DNA of 64,000 nt from Entomortierella parvispora E1425 (GCA_020891255.1 BQFW01000004.1:186001-250000), one strand, 5' to 3'. Shown: positions 36,324 to 48,532, numbered from the stretch's first letter. A program made the numbers and translations. Notes: a model not told the origin generated them from the letters alone.

Positions 36324-38848
36324 TCAACGAAGCGTGGTCATGGACTCGGCCGCCATCAACCGGTCATAGTTGAACTCTGTTCGCAAGGGTACTTTTTGAG
36401 GAGCTTGATCTATGTTTCTCCTCCGAGCAACTTTGAATTGGACCAGACTCTTCTCTGCGGTAGATAGGAGAAGGAGAAATGAGGCGCGGGACGCAATGGG
36501 CGAGTCAGCGGAACAGGGAGGATCTAGGTTATCATGTGGAGGAAGGTCCACATAGCTTACAAAAGTAAACGTGGCAGCATGGGTTTCATTCAAGCAGATG
36601 TGAGCACTGTTACACGATCTGGACAGTGGTGGTTCAGTTTCGGGATCATTTTCGGCATTTCGGCCATCGACTCGCTTTACATCTCCGCCATTTCTCCTCG
36701 CCAGACCCCTATCCTTGGTATTTTCTCGGTACCATCTGTCTCCCGGGAAGAGGTTTTTTTTTTTTTTGACGCGTTCAGTTCATGCGACTTTTCCCCTCCA
36801 ACATAATGAAACCTGTCTGCTTCTGGAAGGCATACTTGAGTTTGATGAATAGAAGCTTCTACCGTTCATGGTTGAAGACAGTTTAGACATTTTAAAGCTC
36901 CAAGCCTCTGGTCGACCAAACAAAAGGATCTACCAGAGAAGGTTGCTTGGATTCTTCTCTTCTGCACCTTTGCCCCTATTTAAAAGTAAGTCGAGAAATG
37001 TCTGAAAGTATTAAGCGCACGGTCGGCTGTCCTGCATCATGCACACAATATCCTCATGCCCGCACCATTTGATCTGCATCTGACCCTTCAAAATTTGCTT
37101 GAACAGTCAAAGACTACCATGTTGGCGGTTATCTTCTATTCACTGTTTATTGCATCCGTGGTGCTCGCTGTGTGCCACGCTTGATGTCTCCGTCAATGTC
37201 GAGATTTGCTGTGGCAGAGAATGCTTCCGATACCCAAGCTGTGTACTCTGCTCGATGGAAGGCAAAAGCCAGGCGTATCACAACGACCGCCACATGTACG
37301 GCAGTGGTCGTATCTGCAGCTGTGCTGTATCAGAACTTTAGTCGTGCGAATGCGCTCTCGTGCATTGACGGTCTCCAATGGATGGCAAGCCAGACATCGG
37401 GTCCACTCCTCAGCGCACAGAGTGGCATTTGTCGCTGTGTCGGCCATTTGGACACAAAAGTGGATCCTGTGTCGCAGGTGGGCATCAGTGGGATCTTTAA
37501 CGTGGCCAGGAAACGGGCCAATTCAAACTTCTTCACCGGAGTCTCTGCGATTGAATATGGCATCGACAAGAAGGACCGCCTGAATATTGACTGCCGCGAT
37601 TTCTGGTGGGAGCTGAGGATGTAACTGAAGCGGACAGGATTGGGATCAAGGCGAGAGATGGCGTTGGTGGGTGTCCATGGTCACGATAAGCCCAAAAGCG
37701 AGTACAATAGAGCTTGCACCCCAGAGTCCAATAAATAAAAGGTTGCATGAAATTCTGTCAAGCACTTGCATCAGCTACGTGGCAGTCTTCTCGTTAAAAA
37801 ATACAGGGGTAGGAGAGGGCGGGATCCTGTCCAGGCTCTCATACTGATGCTGCTGTGCTGTCTTGAGATTCTTATCGCCGCATCGGCGAGAGATCTCACC
37901 TAGCAACGGTCCAGATGATTTGCGGGGAATTGGCGAACAGCAACCTCGCTACGGCATCCTTTTTTAACAGGAATGTGGGCGATCCGGAGATTACAATGAC
38001 AAGAATGAACGAACTCTACTGTCTTTCACTCGGTGAGCTTCAGTGATCGTATTGATGATGCATGGGATAGCTGAATAGACAAAAAAAAAAAAAAGGGCCA
38101 CATTCGGACTCTTTCGCGGTTTATTTCATCCACAAAAGTCTACACGACAGGCGCGTGCAGACAAGTGGTGCGCCAACATGAAGGTGGTCGCTCAATAGCA
38201 CTGCTGGAGCTTCTGCTGGTCAATTGGCGCTTGTCAAGGTACAGACTTTTTTCATTTTCTGACGAGCAAGCTGCTAATCCGATCCTACCACCCCTGTCAT
38301 AGATAGATCATCACCCACACGGCTAAAATAAGAACCTTACCAGGGGTGTTTTTTTGCTGCACTAGTTGCTGCTGTTGCTGTCGTGTTACCGCTGTTGTTG
38401 TTGCCGCTGTTATTTTGAGCGACTTGAACTGTGTTTTCTCCTCGGAGCCTCTCTGAATCCTGTTCTCTGTTGGGTCAAAGAGGAATGACCAAGCACCCCG
38501 TCATTGACCAGTCAGACTAGAACAGTGCAAGGAGCAGAGGGGTTCACAAAGCCATTGCGTCCCAATGGCAAAGCAGGGAGGTCAGTGGGAGTGGCGGTGT
38601 GCGGTACGCGGCGTGCCGTGCTGCCGGCTAGCGTTGCAGGTGCATGGCCGCAGCAGCACGTCAGTCTGGAAAAAAGCAGCAGATCCGAGGGAATTGCGCG
38701 ATTTGCCGAGATAGTATGAGCACCAAAAGGGCGCTTTTCTCTTCGTCTTTCTTGCCCTTCTTGGGACAGCAAGCACTAAGTGTGGCATCAGCCACTCACC
38801 GCTTGCTTTGCGCCCGAAATCGCACATGTCCTTTTTGCTTTGCGCCAC
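36324..38848 (-). other. Unresolved putative multi-exon gene; strand uncertain
   Basis: Several short open frames are flanked by splice-like signals on the minus strand (CCCTG|GTAAG near 38340, poly-T+TATTCAG near 38070, GCTAG|GTGAG near 37900, TTT|GTAAG near 36560). A competing 150-aa plus-strand ORF lies at 37172-37624. No family recognised. Confidence 0.3.
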
Positions 38849-41270
38849 AATATAACAGCGTGAATGAAATCAACCCCTAATATATTGAATGTTTGCCAAG
38901 AAAGCGGAGGGGAGGGGGGGACGACTCCGCCCGGTTGTTCTCCTTCCGCCTCCTCTTCCCATCACACCTTCCACGGGACTCGCAGTATGTATCTGTCTCT
39001 GCCCTCATGCACTGCAAACAAAGGAGAGAGAGAGGTCAGAGACACAGAGACAGAGAGGGAAAAAAAGATTCGAGAGCACATCGACGAAAGTCTTGGCAAA
39101 CCTAAAAATGCCAAGAAATCGTGTCTCTCCTGTGTGACACAAGAGTCGACTCGCCATTTTTTGTGTTCCCATCGCACTCGTCCCCTTGTCCTATTGCTCA
39201 GTCACTCTTACTGCCGTTCAATTCAATGGACGTTTCAATCTGTTGCTCTTTGGCTCCCGCGTTCTTCAATTGAGTCCGACAAGAAGGGACATGGTCAGAG
39301 ACACGGTTTTCTTGGCATTCGCCAAGAAACAAACCCTTCTTTACTTTCGAGAGGCATTATGGCCAACGGCCCTTCGTCATTCCTCCTCAAGTGTTGTCTT
39401 ACCGGTTTCCGGGGAAATAGTTTTTGTTTGTCAACATGGGAGAGGCCCTTTGTCTGCCACCCCACGGGACGACCGATCGGAAAAAGAAACAATAGAGTCG
39501 AGTGAGGTTCTAACATGGTCGCCGCATGGCACACCCTTTGATCGCTCAACTGTCGACTCTGCCACACCTCTCTCCTCTTTCAGATAGACACACCGGATCC
39601 ATCTTTTTTTGGGTCTCACTTACGATCCGGCAACCTGGTGATCGTGTCCATAGTTGTTCCGACGGTCTTGACAACTTCCTTTGAACATTGATGATCAAAA
39701 CCACACTCAAGGAGAGGAGTGAGGGATGTACATACTGTATGAAGTGGTGGCAAATAATAAAAAAAAAAAAGTGCACTGCTCTCTTTCACGGATGTCCTCC
39801 GAGAGTTTCTTTTTTGTTACCTCTTGACGGATACGCCTTCCGTCGATGCAGGCAGCTGGGCCTTGCTCGATTGACTCGCAAAAGTCAACCACTTTTTTCA
39901 GCTTTGTGCGACCAGAGTATGTTTTTTTTTTTGTGCTTCATCACAGGGTTGCACCTCTCAGCGCCTGCAAAAAACAACAAAGGGAGGGATAGAAAAGCAA
40001 TGCGACAGAAGGAGATACTACAGCTCTCAAAAAGGTTGTTCACATCAAGACCCTTCAATGTTCTCTTCGATCCGAGTTGGCAGCGTTGGGCGTGCCAGTT
40101 GGCCGTTTATCGGCCGTCCCTCGTCCCTCCCCCTCTTTTCACCTGCCAGGAATCATAGAAGGGGTGAGACGTGGGTGCCACGAGCTGTGAAATGATGAGC
40201 GCCAAGAAAACCCACTTGCGTGCCAAGAGCCAAGACTTTTTTTCAGTTTCATTAATGCACTCTCCCACTTGGACCACGATATTGGGTACATTCCTATCCG
40301 GCCACAGGTACTCTCACTTCATTATCCAACGAGTCCTCCGCAATCTCTACCCTGCCTATCTCATTACCGTCGTCTTGCCAAGCTGGAGCAAAAAATTTAC
40401 TTTCTCCCTGCTACACCCCTTCCTCTCCTCGGAGTGAGAGATTTTTTTTTGATTTTTTTTTTACCCTTGATCAGGTCGTCAATTGCTCCCTTGAGACGCT
40501 ACTTCCGGCAACGTTCGGTTATCCTTTACCCGCGCAATTGATGAGATGTTGAGGGGGGGAGGAGGAGGGGTGGGTTTGTCTACCTGAGAAAGGCAACAGC
40601 AAAACAACAACAAAAAAAGGGTGCGGAAGAAAAAGACCTGCCTCCTCCCTCTCCCCTTTGTCCCTTTTTTTTTTCTCTCTACCTCTCGGAAGACTGTTTG
40701 CACCGTGAATGGATGATGGATCAGGCAGGTAATGGAGACACACACACACACAATGCAAAAAGCGCGAGCAAGCAAGCAAGCAAAGCAAAAAAGCAAGCCA
40801 GGCAGAGACGGCAGGGTCAGTCGAGTCACCATTTTTTCTGCCAGTCAGTAGACATGCAAAAAGAAAGGGAGGAACGAGCACAGGTATCAAAAATAGACAA
40901 GAGTTGTTTGATTTTGCCCCCCGTCAATCAGCGATCGTCTGTATTCAATTCGATTCAGTCCCATTGTCTCTGCACAAACAAACAAAATTCTCTCATCAGA
41001 ACGAACGTGCGCGCGTTGACAATTGGTGCGATTCAATAGGATTGAATACCCTCATTTCTGAAGATCATCCCTCTATAAAAGAGGCCCTCCCCACCTGGCC
41101 TTCCCCCCTCTTTTTTTTCTCTTCTTTATCTTCATCTTCATCTTCATCAATTCGCATTATCAAAAGCAAAAAGCATTAAAGAACCAACTGCAAATCTCTC
41201 GCTTTCTTTCCCTTCGCACCGCTCTCTCTCTGTCTCTCTCTCTCCCTCCTTCACTCTCTTCATATATACC

Positions 41271-42401
41271 ATGCAGGTCCAGTCCACATCGCCTTACAAC
41301 TACTCCACAGCACAGCACCCTTACAACCCAAACATGTTCGCTTCTACCTCCACATCTGCTCCTCAGCAATACATCGCCGAGCAACAACCACAACAACAAC
41401 AACAACAGCAGGACCAGGGTTCCGAGGATATGTTCCTCGCCTTGGAGCGCCTCCTCATGGGCATCTCACCTTTCCCTCCTACCCTCCCTACTCTTGCAAA
41501 GCCCACCTGCCCCTCGCTCGATGATCAGCTCCTCGCCCAGATCGCCTCGCCCAACGTTGTGCCCTCCATTATCTTGAACGAGCAATCCTTGGATCTTTTG
41601 AACCAATACTACCAAAACCAGGACAACTCGACCAATAACAACAACCAGTTCCAGCAATACAGCGAGCCCTCTGATTGCTCCTCCTCTGCTCGATCGGTCT
41701 CTCCTCCTTCGTCGCCCTTCAGCTACGCCGCTGCTTCCCCATCGATGCCCCTTCTTGACCAGAGCAACAACTGGATGGTCGCACAACAACAACAACAACA
41801 GCAGCAACAAGCACAGCAGGACTGGGATTTCTCTCTTTTTGATCCTCTGAGCCTGCCCTTGAATGTTCCCTCCGGTCTCGATTACTACCTCGCTGCTCCC
41901 GAGGCCACCATGGCCGTTCAGCCTGTTCAGCAGTCTTCGACTTTGAAGCAGCAATCGACCAAGAAGCACGCCCATCACCGTCGCTCTTCGTCTGCCTGCT
42001 CGGCCTTGTCCGCGTACGAGTCCACGGCCCAGCGTGAACACCGCGCCTCCTCCATCTCGTCTGTCGGCTCGGTCGCTTCCTCGACCACGACGACCACGGG
42101 AGGCCGCACGGTCAAGTCCTACGCTTGCAACATCTGCACCAAGCCCTTCCCCACCCGTACGCAGCTCAAGTCCCACATGGCCATCCACACCGATGCCTTC
42201 CCTTTCCCTTGCCAGTTTGCCGGCTGTGAATTGCACTTTAAGCGCAAGCACGACTTGAGACGCCACGTGGATGCCAAGCACGCCTTGGTCAAGAAGTACA
42301 TCTGCACTGGAGGTTGCGGTGAGGGTTTCGGTCGTCGCGATCAAATGGTCCGCCACTTGAGACGCGGTACCTGCGGTCAAACTGGTTTCCAGACTGACTA
42401 A
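41271..42401 (+). CDS. C2H2 zinc-finger transcription factor (3 fingers, Q/S-rich N-terminal region), single exon
   Basis: CNICTKPFPTRTQLKSHMAIH, CQFAGCELHFKRKHDLRRHVDAKH, CTGGCGEGFGRRDQMVRHL; coding-like codon bias. Confidence 0.92.
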   Translation: MQVQSTSPYNYSTAQHPYNPNMFASTSTSAPQQYIAEQQPQQQQQQQDQGSEDMFLALERLLMGISPFPPTLPTLAKPTCPSLDDQLLAQIASPNVVPSIILNEQSLDLLNQYYQNQDNSTNNNNQFQQYSEPSDCSSSARSVSPPSSPFSYAAASPSMPLLDQSNNWMVAQQQQQQQQQAQQDWDFSLFDPLSLPLNVPSGLDYYLAAPEATMAVQPVQQSSTLKQQSTKKHAHHRRSSSACSALSAYESTAQREHRASSISSVGSVASSTTTTTGGRTVKSYACNICTKPFPTRTQLKSHMAIHTDAFPFPCQFAGCELHFKRKHDLRRHVDAKHALVKKYICTGGCGEGFGRRDQMVRHLRRGTCGQTGFQTD

Positions 42402-43153
42402 AGACACCGAAACGAAAAAGAAAAAAAAAAGTATCCCCCCTTGTAATATCATCTCTGTAGATTCTCATATATCCATCCTCCTCCCGCCCTTCCGTAGCAA
42501 AGTGCTTGCTCCAGCTGTATACTATATCTAATTAAAACATCATCAGCAACTACACAAAAAAAAGGTGCTTCTTGGTCTTTGTCTTTGTCTTTTTTTTTGC
42601 ATGATTTGCCTGCAGGTCTCTAGGACTTGTTGACCCAAATCGACTGCGGGAATATGCAAAAAAAAAAAAAAAAAAGATGGACCTGCAAGTGCGTTGGATG
42701 TCCTCCTCAAAAGGGGAGCAAAAGAGGGGAGGAGGAGAGGAGGAGAACAAGCAGGACAACAACAGATCCGGCCCCCTTATCTGATCCTTGACATCTCATT
42801 CCTCTCGGCCATCTGTCCTCCTGTAGACGAACCAAAGCAAGGGATCCACTAAAGAGAAGGGAACCACAAAGGGGGGGAAAAAGATGAAAAAGGTACATGC
42901 CGAAAAGAAAACATCGAGAGTTTGACACGTTGCTTTCCCTGCTCCTGCCTCTCTCCACGACCAAGAAAGGGGGAGGGCGCAGGGGAGTACAGGCTGGAGT
43001 GGTACGTGTCCTAGCACAAAATAGGACGCGCTGCTGCTTCTATTCTTTTTGTCTTTGGTTGTTTACGCGACCAAAGACGAGAGTTTCTCAAGCCAATCCA
43101 AAAGCAGGTGCAAAAAGAACAAGAGGCGATGTTTATTAGGACTGCTAGGATTA

Positions 43154-44569
43154 CTATTGTTGTGGTTGTGGCATTGTTTTGTTATCAGGAAGATCCCACA
43201 TGGAAGTATCGACGTTGTCGTTATACGATTGTCCCTCACGCCATACTGGTTTCTGCCAGGCATTCGTCCTCACGTCTTGTTGAGTAAGCCGAAACTGGCC
43301 TTCCAGCACCTTTTCTTTCCGCTTTGGATCTGCTCGCCCAAAACGAAAACAACAGCAAAAAAAAAAAAAAAAAAGAAAAGTTTGAAAATCAGTCCACTTG
43401 TTTCTCCCTTCCTCCCCTTCTTCTCTTCATGGAGCAAAAAGACAAGTTACCGTTGAATCCTTGACGAAGATAAAGAATGTCCCTTGCTTTGAACGCTTTG
43501 TCAATTCCATACTGTTCATAGGTGCGAATCGTGTGCAAAACGTTTGCTAAAGGTGCCCAGTCATTGTTGATGGGCTTGAAGAGGGCTGGTTCATTATGTC
43601 CCATGTAATATCCTTCATCCGAGAGACACCTCAAGTTACTGTTCAAGAACTGGTACAGCTCTAGACGCACACAAGGGAAAAATGGCAGAGATAGCAAGCG
43701 TTTGTTAGCAGAGGAAAGCAAGAAAAAAGAAGAGTTGATTGACATGTTGCGGCTGTCCTCTCTTTCTTACCATAACGAGGATCAATCAAAAGGATGGGTC
43801 TTTCTGGTGAACTTCCAAACTTGCATTCCCAATTCCGCCATTCTGTATCTGGTGGGAGGCGACCGAAACGATCCGAGACGAGGATCAGCTTGCCGAGTTC
43901 AAGTTGTTGATAAGAGTAGCCCTGTGACAGCTGAGTAAATGCTACGATCCTCATATCCGCCACATGGATTGTCCTGCCTAGAGGTACTTGGATCTTGATA
44001 GGCTCCTCGTGGTTTAGGTACCGAATCCAAACATCTCGGTTTTTGTAGGGTTTGAGTGTATGAGGAACCATGAATACCCAGATGGGAATCAGAATGGCAA
44101 GACCGAGGAGGAGCAAGAGCTGACTCAGTCTACGCCCTGAAAAGAAAATGGCCCGTCCTCCACTCTCTTTCAATTGCCTCTTGCTGCCAAACGTGAACGT
44201 CGATCGACGAGAGGAGGTCGTCGTCGTCGTGGAGCGGGTGCTGGTCGGCAAACTGTCGTACTTGGCCGAGCTAGAGGCGGTCCCTGTTTTACTCTGTCGA
44301 TATGCATGCAGCTGTCTCAGTGTGTCGGCTACAAATAGGGTGCTAGCCTGAACTCCCTCCATAAAAAGGGAGGGCCAGTGCTCCACAGCAGGAATCATGA
44401 CATTGTAATGGCGTTGAGGCGGATGGTGAGGTTGTGGCCGCTGCTGGAATGGATTCTCAAACTGGTCATGATGGTCTGCCTGCAGCATGGGCACTGTGAC
44501 AGAATCATCCTGTGTGGCGTGGGTGGTCGGGCGGCGGGCCTGAAGGGCTTCTTGCTCGGCTGCGCTCAT
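43154..44569 (-). CDS. Unknown single-TM protein, paralog A; 3 exons (44569-43771, 43660-43451, 43329-43154)
   Basis: Canonical phase-1 introns; TM segment LSQLLLLLGLAILIPIWVFMVP; clear end-to-end similarity to the adjacent paralog B. Confidence 0.8.
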
Positions 44570-44835
44570 GGTGTTGCGGGAGGTGGGGGGTGTCAGTTTT
44601 CGTTTTTGTCGAATGTCGTTGCGACGGACAGAAGGAGAGAAGAAAGAAGGAGAGCCGGGGGAAACCAGGGAGTGGAGGGAGTATGAAGTGAACTTACCCA
44701 GGCAAAGTGCAGCAGAAAAAGGCGGTGCTCGCCTTGAGCGCACTCTTGCTTCACTTTGAGTTTGGCAAGCGGCGCGATCGAGGGTGGAGTCACGTGGACA
44801 GATTTTTTATTGTCTGTGAGGACCTTGACCTACAC

Positions 44836-46208
44836 CTACAGGTAGTCGGCTTCATGCTCCTCCCCTGGGGAATTATTTAGATCCCACATGGACGGGTCAG
44901 TGATTCTATTGTCCGTCTGGTTTGGTGATATCTGCCACACGTTTCTTCTCTCTTCCTTCTGGGAGTAAGAATACTCTCCATGGGATACTTGCTCACGCTT
45001 CTTCGGGTCTACAAAACGCATTCACCGCGGAAAGAGTGAATAGTGTCAATATCGCAACGCTTTATCTCTCTTCTTCTGTTTGTTCTGATTACTGTACCAA
45101 GATAGAGAAAAGAAATCTTACCATTGAATCCTTCACGGAGGTAGGTGATATCCTTTGGATCGACGGGCATGCGATAGCCATACCGTCTATCCAGTGAAAT
45201 TGATCTCAAGATCCGAGCCAAGGGCTGCCACTGATCCCGAGGTGGTCTGAATACGACTGGCTCGACACCTCCATAGTAGTATTCATCACCTGAGAAGCAT
45301 TTCAAGCTGCCTTGCAAGAATCGAAACAGCTCTAGAGAGTGAGAGTGGTGGATATGGGTTAGACATTGCACGTCATCTGTGGGTATATTTTGTTCACATC
45401 CTGTAGTTCTTTTGTTCTTACCATCGCCAGGGTCAACCATCAAAATTGGGACCTCGGGTGAACTTGTGAAGCTCCAGTCCGAGTTGACCCAGGGAGCGCC
45501 CACGTTGAGTTTTCCCTCCAATCCCGAGATCAAAAACACCTTGCCTTCCTCCAACCTCTGCTTCGAGTACCCTTGGATAATCTTTCCAAAGGCGATGCGC
45601 TTTACGTCCGCCACATGGACTTTCTTGGCCAGAGGAACTTGAATCTTGATTGGCTCCTCGTGGTCATAGTAGCGGATCCAGACATCTCGGTCTCCATAGG
45701 GCTTGAGTGTGTGTGGCACCACAAAGATCCACACTGGAATCAGGACGGTGATACAGAGGAGGAGTAAGATTCGACTCAGTCGACGACCAGAGCAAAGCAT
45801 CGTCCGCCCTCCGCCGTCTCGCAATTGTCTCTTGCTTCCAAAAGTAAACGTGGGTCGTTGACCCGAAGAAGACGAAGACATTGAGCTGGTCGGTAATCTC
45901 GAATATCTTCCCGAGCTGCTTCCATCCTGTTGATACGCTTGTATTTGCCGGAGTTTCTCCCCTGCGAAAACGGCAGTGGCCTTGACCCCTTGCATCAAGA
46001 TAGCGGGCCAGTGCTCAACGGTGGGGATCCTGACATTGTAATGGCCTGCAGACTGATGCTGAGAAGACTGGGGTCGGTGCTGGAAAGGGTTTTCGTGCTC
46101 GTCTTCATGTTGGCCAACATGCAGCATTGGCACCGACACGGAATCGCTCCCATCGTCGTCATGCGTTGTTGGACGACGCGCCTGGATTGCATCAGAATTG
46201 AACGACAT
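44836..46208 (-). CDS. Unknown single-TM protein, paralog B; 3 exons (46208-45422, 45331-45122, 45008-44836)
   Basis: Same exon structure and intron phases as paralog A; TM segment LSRILLLLCITVLIPVWIFVVP; shared blocks QARRPTTH, ENPFQ, VEHWP, TFTFGSKRQL, RDVWIRY, EEPIKIQVPL, YLRxGFN|DPK, SMWDL. Confidence 0.8.
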
Positions 46209-46611
46209 GACAACGTGAGGAGGAGGCGTAATAGAAGGAGTCCTGGTCTGGGATGGGGGTTGGGCTGCGGTACGGACGGGAGGCAAGGAAGAGAAGAGGC
46301 GAGGGCAAAAGAAAAGTCAGAGCAGAGTGAAGACGGCGCGGACACGTTGTGCAAAGAGGGCGCAATACCGAGGAGAATTTTGTCACGTGGTTGTTCGCTG
46401 GACCAGGAAATTGCCTTTTGTCCTTGAGCACGGTCCTGGTGGGCGCATGCGCTGTCAGAAAGAGTGTTTGGCGGAGGGCAATTGCAGCAAAAAGCCACAG
46501 AGGCAAGATCCAGTTCATATACATGGACGTGGGCAAACAGAAAATCACAGGACCGAGGCCAAAGGGCAGAGCAAATCAAGGTGACAAGACAGTAAAAAAG
46601 GACAAGGGGGT

Positions 46612-46805
46612 GAGGAGCACAGGACTGAGGACAAAGTACAGAACAGGGGACAAAAGCACATAACAGAGGACAAAGCACAGGGGAAGAACAAAACCAAGAG
46701 CAAATAAAAAGACAAGGACGCGAGGAGCACAGAACAGAGGACAAAGCACAGGACTGAGGATAAAGCGTAGGACGGAGGACAAAGCACAGGACCGAGGACA
46801 AAGCC
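46612..46805. repeat. Degenerate 19-bp minisatellite (GAGGACAAAGCACAGGACT-like) in two blocks
   Basis: Consecutive units at 46737, 46756, 46775 and 46794 (partial). A related block at 46612-46680 also starts GAGGAGCACAG. Confidence 0.85.
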
Positions 46806-47297
46806 ACAATTAATCTCGGAACATTGTGTGGCTTTACCGAGGAAACAATATCTCCTTGTTATCGATAGCAAGGCAGCAAGTCTGATAAGCCCCTCGAGGC
46901 CCCTGCACCAGCAGAGGTGAGGCCGCCTCCAACCCTTGTCTAGGCAAGGTAATATTGTCCAAGAGATCAAAAGAGATAGTCCAGGGTTCCCACACAAGCA
47001 CGCGATTTCACATCGTAGAAGGACCCAATAACAAACATTGGCCCACGATATCGTGGAGAAAAATGCAATCTGCAGTTGAGGTCCGTTCCCCGTAGATCTG
47101 AATCTCCATGATTTCGATGGAACTGCAGCGACAATGGTCCGGGCAACTCTTTGCTCTTTGCCTTCAAGACCACGTAGTCAGATAGCATGGGGCCAAATAT
47201 AAATACTGAGGTGGTCTAGACGAGGGTCCACCATCCTTCAGACAACTCTATCTCACCTCCAACTCCTCCCTGTTCTATTCCCTGCACAGCAAAGGTC

Positions 47298-47859
47298 ATG
47301 ACAAAGTTCTTGTTCTCCACACTCGCTCTCTTTGCTTCAATGGCTCTCTCAGCCACATCGGCACCAACGCCTGCAGGAGTGCCACCTTCATCCATAAAAC
47401 CGCACCCAAGTTTGAGAAAGCTGCCTACTTTTGTGCTGCGACCCAATACCATGGCAAGGCCACTTGGTGTGTGCCTTTTTTTTTCCTTTTCTTTTTTTCT
47501 TCTGATTGGTTTTCATCTCATCCAGAGTAACTCTCTTCACTCACCTCTTCACTTCTCTTCCCCTGTTTATAGTTACCGACTCATATGGACCCTGTAACCT
47601 TCATTGGAATGGCGACGTAGAGCCGATCGTAGCCTTGAATGCCCACCAGATGGGTCCTCAATCCTGGGGCAACGCCGCTTGTCAGGAACGAGTTCGTATT
47701 ATCAACAAGGCCGATAACAAATCAATCGAAGCGCGCGTGGTGGACAAGTGCCCTGGCAACGAATGTGCTTGGGGATCCTTGGATCTGAATTCTGCTGCCT
47801 TCAAGCGAACTGGCAAGTTTGACACTGGGATCTTGGATGTTTCATGGCACGTCATCTGA
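47298..47859 (+). pseudogene. Secreted RlpA-like double-psi beta-barrel/expansin-like (loosenin-type) gene with an apparent 1-nt frameshift in exon 1
   Basis: Signal peptide MTKFLFSTLALFASMALSA. Exon 2 (47573-47859) encodes TDSYGPC...IVALNAHQMG...VVDKCPGNECAWGSLDLNSAAF...GILDVSWHV. The expected YHGKATW|F motif is in a different frame from the ATG. Confidence 0.7.
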
Positions 47860-48532
47860 GGCCATTCTCTCCTTTTTTTTCACCTTGCCACATCGATCAT
47901 TGGACGTCTTCTTCACTCCACCTTCTAGATTCCCAAAAATAAAGCCAACAATGGCTTTGGAAGCTCTTGCTTCTCTTTCCATCACTCAGCTCATCCTTCA
48001 TCTTCTCTGCATTTCAATCCTTTCAAGACAATAAAGCCATTTAATGATGAACAAAGGGGTGTTTTTTTTATAATACTCGTGCAGTGTTGGTATGATATGT
48101 GTGGAAAGAGTGGGGAAAGAAAAAAGATCCGATATACAAATATGGTACACGTCAAACCAAAAATAATAAAATACTAGGAAAGGGAGGGTGTGTTTTTTTT
48201 GACAACGATGTCGCACAGCAGGGAACTCGAAGAGAAGCGGCCTGCTGACAACTCGTTAGGTTACAGAGTAATGTATAATGTGTCAGGGAACAGAAGGTAA
48301 TGAAAAGAAGAAAAAAAAAGAAAGAAACCCAAAAAAGAAAGAATGAAGTAAAAGTAAAAGTAAAGAGTGCACAGACGCGAAATGAATCCTCAAGTCGCGT
48401 TCTTGATTCAAAGCTTGCAAAGAATCAAAGAAGGAAGGAAAAATACAAAAAGAAAGACTCGGATCTTTGGATCTTCAAATCTTCCTTTTTCCTGTACGAG
48501 TGGTCGGACCGGCGACGGCTCCTTTCTTTCCT

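Noticed and set aside
45149-45160. ATATCCTTT, a U12-type 5' splice-site consensus
   Set aside because: It is on the plus strand, inside a coding exon of a minus-strand gene. All introns I could resolve are canonical GT-AG, so there is no minor-intron evidence.
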